A DNA stretch of 57,539 nucleotides, counting the filler, from Dirinaria sp. TL-2023a (lineage: Eukaryota), in assembly GCA_051941275.1 (NCBI GenBank). It is 3 parts of 3 records of this genome, joined end to end, with 100 filler letters (N's around TTAATTAATTAA, not from the genome) between each part and the next. Parts side by side here need not be neighbours in the genome. Positions count along the whole stretch, not along the records: positions 38,451 to 57,539 come from JAVEBF010000352.1; 2 more parts are not named here. The stretch is one strand, 5' to 3'. Shown piece by piece: positions 39,468 through 49,957 of this stretch (position 1 is the stretch's first letter; every line of letters starts with the position of its first letter). A program made the translations under genes and the position numbers. The notes under the pieces were generated by a model, which saw only the letters and a list, made by a program, of their open reading frames with translations, was not told where the DNA came from and searched no databases.

Positions 39468-40898
39468 ATGCGTTCATTCAGCATAGCCAGCTCTAAAATG
39501 GCGGATAGCACCAAAATATCCTTCACTGAAAACTCATCGAGGCCTTCGGCTTCGTGTACATGTGATTTTCCCGTGGCGCAGTCAATCTTCGGATGTCCTC
39601 GTCCACCTTGCGAATATCATCCTTTTGATGCGCGCCATGCCATCCACCATCATGAAGCATCTAGCATGCAAGATCGTCTTGAGAGTATAGGGCTTCCGCT
39701 GGTTGCGGCTGGTGCGTCTGTTTTCGACGGTCAACCGCTCCCAACATGGAATTTTGGACGAGATCCGGCACCACTGCTCAAGTGGCAGCTTCCTCCGCCG
39801 TCCATATCGTCATCTGCATGGGAGCCTCCAACTATTCTTCCATCGAAATTTCTCTATACCCTAAAGTCCTCATCTACTCATCGTCACCCTGTGCAGACGG
39901 ATCCAGACTCAGGATGGGCGTCTCTAGCTGTTTCCCTTTCACAGCAATTACTTGAGTCGTTCCCGTTTCTGCAGCTCCCTTCGGAAATCAGGAACATAAT
40001 CTATCGTCTGGTGCTGGTAAAGCGACGAATATTTAGAGTTAGGGCAACTTATGATCGTCCATTACCTATTACTGCACTCCTTTGTGTGAGTAAGCAAGTA
40101 CACAAGGAGGCGTCAAGTATCTTCTACCAGGAAAACGCATTCTTGATACCAGAACACCTGTTTGAGGAAGAAAGTATACTTCAGAGCTTAGAGCAGACCT
40201 ACTGTTTACCACCGGCCATACTGGTGACGTTGAAGGATTTGGAAATGCACATTCCGGTAAGTAGTTTCCAAGCTAAGACTATGTTACTTTCATACTTTGT
40301 CGAATCCACTGTATATTTCTACGCATACTGAGTTTACTCAAGGTTCACGATCCCCGCGAATTCCACCTCCGAGACAATGTGAATCGAAATGTCAAGAGCC
40401 TAAGCAATTTCCTCAGAAAGCAAAGCGGGCCTAGCTTGGCAATTAGGATCATTATCAGGCCTCGTCCAAGTGTCTGTGATGCTGCCTGCATTCCCCTACA
40501 TTATCAACCTCTCTGGGCTCCGTGGGTACTGCTCCAGAGGAGAGTCGCTGAGCAGCAAGGATCTCTAGACATTTGTGTACATATATGCCCGCAGTACATG
40601 CAACACTGGTTCAAAGTATTGGTGAGTCTCGAAGATCCATGCTGCGTCACAACTACGCTTCACGCTTCAGCTGCTAAAAGTTTCATAGCCCATGTACTTC
40701 GGAAAGCACTGGGTGATGGTTGCGCGCTTGCGTTCACATGATTTTATGGATAGGCTGCTGGACGCTGTCATCGAATTTCGGGATTGGTTCAGCAAGATCA
40801 AAGGCAAGGAATATTTCCACCACCAGCAGTACGATGGAACCGAAGAGATCTGGCCTCGGGAAGACGCTCCTGACGACTTCTTTCCTACATACTTGTAA
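39468..40898 (+). CDS. F-box-like (FLxLPxEIRNxIY) hypothetical protein, paralog A, 3 exons
   Basis: SFPFLQLPSEIRNIIYRLVL...ALLCVSKQVHKEASSIFYQENAF. Introns after ...HIP (GTAAGT) and ...KVL (GTGAGT) join the three ORF fragments in frame. Confidence 0.7.
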
Positions 40899-41504
40899 TC
40901 AATCATCTTACTGGCCGTGCGAGGTCTACCTAAAATCGGTTGCCCGATCAAGTATAACTCAGGGATAGCGATTCCTGTTGGTTTGTCTCAACATTAGCAA
41001 ATACTGTCCGATATTCAGTGGTGTTATTGTTGAGTCTACGTCTTTCAAGAGCAGACTTTGTGCATAAATAACCAGGGCCTTCATATGCGAGTTGTAATTG
41101 TAACTCAGAGAAATCATTACCAAGCAATGTCTAAGGCATCAGTGTTTCTTTAATGCAGTGCTAAGAGTTGTAAAACTTGTATCGAACACGCAATTTGATT
41201 TCCTTAATCTGAGCTCTTTATCACATAGCTCGTCTAATCGCCATTATGTGTTATCAATGCTCGTTAAATGTGTGTTGATCGTTTATAAAAAACGCGTTAA
41301 CTTAGCTTCGTGATGAATTTTGATATCAACAAACACTCACATGACTCATTTGCCACGACAACATTTTTTGATGCAGATAAAATCACTCCTCACCTATCGT
41401 TCAACAATACGATATAGACAATCATATCTGTCTCGAGTTGCTGCGACATCATCATTTTGAGAAGATTGTCCTGTTCTTCTACTATCTTTTCGAGAGAGCA
41501 CATC

Positions 41505-42778
41505 ATGCAAAGCCAGCCGAATTCAGCCTTGTCAAGCTATTTCGATAATGCTCGTCCAGAAGGCCCTGACTTGAGTATGATCCCTGGCCCTGCTGCACCT
41601 AACAGCCAGGTGCCTTCCACTCAAGGTTCAGATGATTCTGGTGATGAGCAAACCGAGAGTCCACGGTCGATAAAGAGGCGAATGGCTTTATTACTTGAGT
41701 ATCCCACTTGTCCCAACACGCCGGAGCCGGAGGTGGAAATACGCCAGACAATTCCGTTCCTCAGCTTGCCAGGCGAGATCAGGAACCGCATTTACCGCTT
41801 CTGCCTCGTATTCGAGGACCCATTCACAGTCAAATTCCGGTTCGGAAGATCTGACACCCGGCTTCTGCTGCTGTGCAGACAAGTCTATTGGGAAGCTAGC
41901 CCGATATTCTACCAGGAGAACGCTTTCCGGTTCCCTCAAGCGGTCTTCGATGGCGAGCATGTCCTGCGAAAGTTGAACCAATTTTTTCGCTTGCCCTTGT
42001 GGAGGCTGGAGACTCTGAAGAACATGATAATTGAGATTCCGGTATGTCGGTCGCTCTCTAGATAGCATACTGGACTGCAGGATCTTGCATATCTTCTTAA
42101 AAGAGACCCTACTGATCTGCACGCAGGTGTATCAAACCTGCAATTCTTGCAATTACTTCCATCACTCTAAAGAGCTCAATTCTGCACTGCTGGCAAAGTT
42201 TTTGGTGATGAGTGATATCGATCCTGAGACAAAGATCAAAGTGATCTTCAGGTCACCATATCATGAAACGGATAATAAGATGAACGAAGGGTCACTGAGT
42301 AAGGGCTTTTTCCAAGCCTGGATTGACCACTACCAGACGCTCAAGAGGAAGTGCAAGCTTAGTTTTGTCGCTCGCGTGCATCCTCGATACATGAATGCTT
42401 GGGCCTCTATGATGGTGAGACCCCTGAAGAACTTAGCCTGATTCGCGAATGATTTTTATGCTCTGTCGTTTTCCAAGACTTGGGTTGATTTGTTCCAATC
42501 ACCTACCTCGAATTTTTCCGTCTTACTCCTCGCAAGATCCATGCTAACAAAAGCTCCAGCAAGTGTGGTTTATCTGGGGATGGTCGGTTGAAACTGTTCT
42601 ATGCGAGAAGCCTTATGATGGTCAGGAAATTAGAGCTCGATTGAAAATTATCAAGTGGTTTCGATTGAGGAATCAAGCCATTCTCGACCGATACTATGCA
42701 GAAAGTTGGGATGCATGTTTGTATTCCATTTCTCCGCGCGTGATCCGAAGGGGAAGCATATGCGATGCCAGACCATAG
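41505..42778 (+). CDS. F-box-like hypothetical protein, paralog B, 3 exons
   Basis: PFLSLPGEIRNRIYRFCL...LLLLCRQVYWEASPIFYQENAF. Introns after ...EIP (GTATGT) and ...SMM (GTGAGA) join the three ORF fragments in frame. Confidence 0.7.
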
Positions 42779-42995
42779 TCCAGCCATCCAAAGATGTTGG
42801 GCTGTCTGGGTTATACGATTCTGCAGAGTTCGATACGTAGTCAAGGCGAATGACTGCGATGGTTGCTTTCGCTTTCGATTGGCAAGGTGGTTTCGAGACT
42901 GTATGGTCTAATTGGGTTCGGTGTAAGTTAATATCTAGAAGGCGAGATTAATACCACGGAAGCAAACGAAGGCACTGTGACAGAATGAAATTGAA

Positions 42996-44175
42996 TTAGG
43001 AAAGCCCTGCTGACAAGAGCTGCTCATACATCTTCAGCCCACGCCTTTCACCGCCTTCTGGTACGTTAGCGGCAACAACCTCCTTCGCCTTCTTCAATAA
43101 AGGATCTAGATCCTTTTGAATCCTTTTCCCAAGTTCTCCACCGAGCTGTGAGTCGTGGCCCAAAACCGTTCTTGCCAGTTTCATCCCGTGCCATACCGGT
43201 GCCCACATCATCAGCTTTGCATTTGCATCATACAAACCTCCTTCATCAACCTCCAAATCCGCATACTTCCATACGCCCACCAACCGTTCCACATGCTTCT
43301 TCAGCTCCTTACTATCCCCCTTCCCATCTTCAACCTTGACCGCTTTCGCAGCCAACATCTCCACAACAACACCCACAATCTCCGGCCTCAACTTCGGATC
43401 CTTCTCCGGCGGCCTAGCAACTCTATGCCTCTCATCCCAAAGCATATCCCAGACCTGCATTGCAAAGTTTGCTCCCTCTTCCACCCCTTTACTGCCCCAC
43501 CCATCCATTTGCGCCTTGAGCACCGCCCCAATCATACACTCCCTCACAACGGCCACCTCCCACAAGCCGACAGCCGTTCCCTCCACCCGTCTCAAACACT
43601 CCAACACCACGCCCTGCCTCCCACACTCATTCGCCCGCCTCACCATCTTCTCAACCTGCCACCCGCGCAACTTCCTCCGCGCAGTCTTCAACCCTTCCAA
43701 AAACCCCGGCAGGTTCACCCAATCCCTACCTTCCTTCATCAACGCCAGTACTTTGGCAACCGACGCCCGGGTCTTCGGTTCATCACGCAGACGGTTCAGG
43801 GGCTGTAGATCAAGGACTTCATCCCCAATCAGGACCGAGACCGGTTCGTCGCTTTTGAGAAGCATGCGCCGGTTTTTGGGGCTGTAGATGAGCTTTTTCT
43901 GCTCTTTCACGAGGCGCGAGGGGAGAAAGATGTTGTTCCGGAAGGTGGACAGTAGGCTGTCGAGGTCGGGCGAGGAGGTTGGCGTGAATTTTGGGAGGTT
44001 GCCTGTTTAGAAGTCTGGTTAGTGGGGAGTGGGAATGGGAGGGTAGGGTGTGGGAGTTGGTACCGTGCTTTCGTCGTGAGGGAGTGTTTGTGAAAGAGCG
44101 CCTTTGAAGGGGTGGGGAGAGGCGCAGCAGGCATGAACGGCAGTAGTGAGCTGGATTGAGGGCGAATGCGGCCAT
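42996..44175 (-). CDS. Conserved hypothetical helical protein, probably mitochondrial, intron 44003-44063
   Basis: Exon 1 MAAFALNPAHYCRSCLLRLSPPLQRRSFTNTPSRRKH is presequence-like. It splices (GTACCA..CTAAACAG) to GNLPKFTPTSSPDLDSLLSTFRNNIFLP and the 304-aa ORF. Confidence 0.75.
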
Positions 44176-44629
44176 GATGCTGGGCTTGGTTGAGTTTGGA
44201 GATTGTTTTGGGATCATACTAAGTCATTGCACTTTGATTAATATTAGGGTCGCAGTGTTGATGGACGATCCGATATTACTCTACGGGAAGCCATATATCC
44301 GTACCGCGCAAATATCAAAGTATTCGCTCAATTTGCAACTCTCCTCCACTGATTGCTGCTTTTCTGTATGTCGTACTGATTCGCTGCGCTCCAGCCGCAA
44401 TTCAGCATCTTAAGCCTCGCAGTAGAATGGTCGCACCGATACTTCTAGACTTAGACAAAAGATATCTCTAAGCTGGCTGGAGTTTTCCAATAAAGTTCAA
44501 CATTAAAGTTCCCTGCCTAACCACACCATCCCATGATAGCCACCAGCCTGTATATAGACCTAGTAATAGCAGTTTCGATCATTGGAAACCGCGTAGTCAT
44601 TCTCACATCGGTGGACAAGGGGAGCATGT

Positions 44630-45407
44630 TCAACGCGCCCGTCCACCTTGCCTTGCACCGCCCAGCCCCCTGTTAATAACCCCGAGTCGCCTCATGCCCG
44701 CAGGACCACTGCGTATCAATCTTCGCATCCGCAAATACTCTCTCACAATGCTTGTAACGTTTCCTAGTTTGTCCACTCTCTGTCCGTAACGCCAGGACTT
44801 TCGCCTCTTTGGTTTCTTCCCTGCCCGCTTCACTACTTCGATCCCCTTCACATTCGGCGAGAAGACTTTTATCCACATCTCCGCTCCTACCAAACCAACC
44901 TTATCTCGGAGAAGGATAGAGGTATCCACGCCGCGCCGCCTGATGGCAAGGCAGAACCCCGCGAAAGGATGGTCGTGATGAAATGTCGTAAGAATGATGT
45001 CGCCGATCCGTGGTTTATCCTTGTTATTACGATCAAAGAAACCGCGGCGAGAGGATTTCGGGTCGAGAACGTTCAGATTGGTTTCGTCAACGGCTTGCAC
45101 GGGGAAAGGGCATTTTGAACGGGCGGATGGAGGAGGAGGGTAGATTTTTATGCGTTTTTGTGGCGCTGCACGATTTAGAATGAGATCTCTGAAAACCTGG
45201 AGGATAAAGAGCTGATAGAGACATACCACGGGCTTCTGGCTTGGGGATGCGCGTGGTTTTCCAGGGCGGGGGCTCGGCAGTACGGAGACTCTCGCTGGAT
45301 AAGCTTGCAATAGCGCGAGACGGTCGAGATGCAAGACACCGTACTCGAGACAGACAGCTGAGACAGATGAGGGGACGTCGGACGGTATGTTGTAAAGTCA
45401 TGATCAT
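44630..45407 (-). CDS. IMG1: Mitochondrial ribosomal protein bL19m (Img1), intron 45166-45226; start ATG could be 45419, 45407 or 45401
   Basis: GDIILTTF...PFAGFCLAIRRRGVDTSILLR...GAEMWIKVFSP.VKGIEVV matches the L19 family. Presequence-like exon 1. Confidence 0.82.
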
Positions 45408-45711
45408 CTGAATTATCATAATCCGGAAGATGATCTAGAGTCCAGTCCTTACTTCACGCCTTTAATCCTGGGAACGGAATACATATATTCGGAACAATAT
45501 TTTTCCGCGGCTACCCTCTCCTTAATTGATTTTTTTGGTAGCTACCCCTAGCTCGCCTCGCTCCCGTCGCGTCGCACTTAAGGTCCGGCAGTTAGAGTGC
45601 TGCTCATGGCCTGTACAATAATATTTGAGGCATCTTTGATAGCCTGCGTGGGTCAATGGACCGGAATTGGCAAGTGTCCAGTACCATACACTAAACAGTC
45701 AACAAATCAAG

Positions 45712-48120
45712 ATGGTTTACCTCAAGCAGCTAAACCTTAAAGATTTCACTCATCCTAACGAGAAGACTGCCAACGGGATATCGACTGGTATCGTGGATGA
45801 GGATGAGTGCACCGATCTCTACGGATGGCGGTTGTTAGACGAGCTGGGCCGGCAGACCTGGCATTACATGCATACTGACGAGAACGCCAAAGCATGGCCG
45901 CAGAGTATTGCCGACAAGCACCACTTGGGTTTGCCATTGGTCCCGATCACCTCGTCCATCCTCCTCAATTGAGCTAATACGGCTAGGATAGCCTTTACCA
46001 GACCTTTCGCCAGCCGTGACGCCTCTGCAATGTGCAACCAATGCTTTTTCTTTCTTTTCCCACCTGCAACTACCGCCGGGAAATTGGGCTTGCGAATATG
46101 GCGGACCTTTGTTCCTCATGCCCGGCCTGGTTATTACCTGGTACGTTACGGAGACTCCGATACCAGAGCCAATCGCTATAGAAATGAAGAGATACCTATT
46201 CGCACGGCAGAATCCGGAAGATGGAGGTTGGGGCTTGCATATCGAGGGTGAAAGCTCGGTCTTTGGAACTGCCTTGAATTACGTCACTCTTAGACTGCTA
46301 GGCGCGGACGAAGAAGATAGGCGGATGATAAAAGCACGAGGGAAGCTTCATCGATTGGGCGGGGCAGTAAACGGGCCGCATTGGGCGAAATTCTGGCTCA
46401 GTGTGTTGGGCGTGATGGGATGGGAAGCCGTCAACCCGGTACCGCCCGAGCTCTGGTGTGTAGAAAATTATTATATTAATGGCCCTTTTTCGGCGCTGAT
46501 GAGTTTCTCTAGGCTCCTACCAGACTGGGTTCCTGTCGCACCATGGCGTTGGTGGATTCATATGCGCCAAGTCTTCCTCCCAATGTCTTACATCTGGTCG
46601 AAGAAATGGGCATACCCATTGACGGAGCTCACGCGTCAGCTTCGCGAGGAGCTATACACCCAGCCCTACTCCTCAATCAATTTCGCAGCTCATCGAAATA
46701 CCATCTCTGACAAGGACAACTATCACCCAAAGAGTCGCATCCTTAGACCCATCAATTGGATGCTGGTCAACATTTGGAACCCTTACTTAAGGACTCAATC
46801 GCTTATTGACTGCGCAGAGAGATGGGCATTCGATTTAATCCGACGGGAAGATGAGAATACAGACTACTCCAATTTGGGCCCTGTCAGCGGTCCTATGAAT
46901 TTCCTTGCTTGCTATATTGAACACGGCGCTGATAGCTATTCTGTAAAACGCCATAGAGAGCGTATGCATGATTTCCTATGGATGAAAGACGAAGGCATGC
47001 TCATGAACGGTACTAACGGCGTGCAAACCTGGGATACTTCATTCCTGATACAGGCAGCTCTCGAATGTGATATAGCCTCCAATCCCAATTGGAAGCCATC
47101 ATTGATCAAAGCACTTGAGTTTCTTGATAATCAGCAGATCAGGGAGGATGTGCCGGAAACATCTGTCTGCTACCGACATCGCAGAAAAGGTGCCTGGTCT
47201 TTCAGCACAAAAGAGCAGGGATACACCGTTAGTGACACGACAAGTGAGGCACTAAAGGCTGTCATATTATTGCAAAGACTACCTGGCTTCCCGAAACTTG
47301 TGTCCGACGAGCGAATCAAGGATGCCGTTGATACGCTGTTGACAATGCAGAACGCTTCGGGGGGATTTGCAAGCTACGAAAATATCAGGGGCTCGAAGCA
47401 TCTGGAGTACTTGAATTCTGCCGAGGTTTTTGGTAGAATCATGGTCGAGTACGACTACCCCGAATGTACCACGGCAGTTGTCACGGCGCTTTCCCTGTTC
47501 TCGACCCACGACCCAGAATATCGCAAAGCCGACATTGCTAGAACCCTGGATGGTGCAGTAAAATACGTTCGCAACGCACAGCGACCAGACGGCTCATGGT
47601 ATGGTAGTTGGGGCATTTGCTTCACTTACGCCGGCATGTTCGCACTCGAGTCTCTGGCATCGGTGGGCGAGATTTACCAAAGCAGTGATCGAGCTCGAAG
47701 AGCCTGCGAATTCTTTCTTGCAAAGCAAAAGGAAGACGGTGGCTGGGGCGAGAGCTACAAGAGCTGTGAAACTTGTCAATACCAGCAGCATGCCAACAGT
47801 CAGGTCGTACAGACGTGCTGGGCTGTAATTGGTCTTATGCACGCTGAATACCCGGATCAAGATCCTATCGCAAGGGGCATCAAGCTGGTCATGAGCAGAC
47901 AGCTCCCTCAAGGAGGCTGGGCGCAGGAAGCCATTGAAGGTGTTTTCAATAAAAGCTGGTAAGTGAAAGTTCGCAAAGTGTAGCTCCCAAATACTGTGCT
48001 CGAATTATAAGCTTACGAAAATTACGCAGCATGATTTCTTATCCGAATTACAAGTACATATTTCCCATTAAAGCTCTCGGCATGTTTGCTCAACGATTCG
48101 GCGATATCAAGATCTTATAG
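45712..48120 (+). CDS. ERG7: Oxidosqualene cyclase / lanosterol synthase, multi-exon
   Basis: GRQTWHY, QW repeats (QNPEDGGWG, QRPDGSWYG, QKEDGGWGES), WWIH, GTNGVQTWD, GYTVSDTTSE, and C-terminal GVFNKSCMISYPNYK after splicing. Confidence 0.93.
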
Positions 48121-49957
48121 GGAACCTCACTCGTCCCACAACTTGGAACCCGCATTTTAAAAAAAAGTTTCTTCCCGAGAGCTGCAAGACCGGAATGTAA
48201 ATACGCGAACCGCGTATATAAAGCATCTGGCATGCTTGCTAGGTTCATGATTCTGCATCGTTGCTTTGGGGTAATGAATATTGGCATGGCTTTCAAAGCT
48301 GTTAAAGGCACAGCAGTACATAGTTAGACCGACGCCAGAATGGCGGGTCATAATCTTGCCATCCACTCTCGCTAAGTATTATTCACTAAGAGAAACAGAA
48401 AAAATTCGTTCTCCCCTTAATCTTTTTCTCTCTATATTCGTAGCCAGCTCGATCCCAAAGATCGTGCTTCATCAAATCGCAGCCTCTAAACGAGCTTACC
48501 GAGTTCAGCTACTTGTAAAAGGATTCTCTCTGTCGATGTTCAGGTTTAAGTTAAAAGTTCCTCGATAGAGAACGGGAAATTTCCTTTCCCAGGTCAATCT
48601 ATACGATCCTTTCGAGGAACTCAAGATGAAAGATTCAGTGCGAAGCGATTCATTGTGATGTTGGTCAGTTGAAGAGTTTCCGGCGGTGAGAATTTTCTTT
48701 TGGGTTAGTTCCTCTTAGCCTCGTCTAGCAGGACTGCAGTCTCTTGGCTTTCTTAAGCTTTTTTGATAGTTTATGTACATGTAGATAAGACCGTAAGACT
48801 ACATTATGTCCCCAAGAATTGTGGTTTATCTTCGTATGTGATTCTAATAGCTGTTCTTGATACTGATTAGTAGACAGAGGAGACTTGAATCTCGCCAACT
48901 GTCTAATCGCCAATCATCTCAGATGGTGAGGTGATTACCTTATGCAAGGAGCTGTGAGTACTCGATAATGCAAATCATTTGCTTGTACATCAAAGAGCTG
49001 AGTATTGAAATGACATCTTGATATTATGGTATAAGCCCATAACCATCACTGAACCCGACAAGGGATTGGTCGTGTATGCGAGCAGGGATTCGTAATTAGC
49101 GTTTTCAGTATATTTGTCGCATCTTGTCAACACATAAACCATCACACACACCTCTTCCAGGATTTGTATGGAGAATGCCTCAAACATCTTTTCTATTCGC
49201 AACACCACGGGATTAATACAAACTCACTTCGTAAAATTGTTTCAAAAATCATAAATAATCTGTATACTGAGTTTTATGATATTTGAAGACATCGCTCGCT
49301 GTCATTATTGTTTACAATAATGTCAAAGATGAATGTCGCAAAATCGATTTCACGATCTCAAAACTCTAACCCTGAGCAACGATTTGTGCGACGCTCTCGA
49401 CTCTTCTGTTTCTTCGAAGACATAGCGACGACGGGAAAAAGATCTCAACATCATGAAAATTAATATACACACTGTTTATAATCTCAGAAACATTGCTACG
49501 GAGCGAATCTGATTTAATTCGATGGCGGCGTAGAAGGGAAGATGTTTTGGGAATTCTCCATACAAATTCTGAAAGAGTTGTGTGATGTTTTGTGTGTTGC
49601 CAAGATGCGACAATGAAAACGCTAAAATTGGTTGGACAGATGTCCCACCTTTTCCGCTAGCGTCATGCGGAGCGTTGCCTGGTGTCTGGCTGTACTCGTA
49701 CACAACTCGGGCACGACCGCGTCCGAAGGGATATATATTGTTTAACGACATCTGGGACAGCTGGCTGCCGTACTTCCTTCTATTATCCTAAGGCTTCCGC
49801 TATGTCGAGACCTACTTCTATAGCTCATTCATTCCCCTATATCATCGACAGATCTAAAGCCTTATCGACCTAGATGAGGATCTGCATCCAACAGCTGTTC
49901 CTCAGCCTGGCGTAAGATCAGTCTTGAACAGCCGCATTGACAGGGTCTATATTCTTC

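Noticed and set aside
43155..43887. Overlapping 217-aa and 183-aa plus-strand ORFs
   Set aside because: Antisense shadows of the purine-rich minus-strand gene.
46456..46512. Apparent peptide insertion in ERG7 (similar ones in DLD2 and the 5-phosphatase)
   Set aside because: These are ordinary in-frame, stop-free introns with GT...AG ends read through by the ORF caller.
45712..48120. Triterpene secondary-metabolite cluster around the cyclase
   Set aside because: The cyclase has lanosterol-type residues and there are no neighbouring P450s, acyltransferases or dehydrogenases.
48121..49957. Search for an amyloid-motif or HeLo effector partner gene beside the NLR (also 53392-55000)
   Set aside because: Only short ORFs without a G/N/Q-rich amyloid pattern or recognisable effector domain; no NLR-effector pair can be supported.
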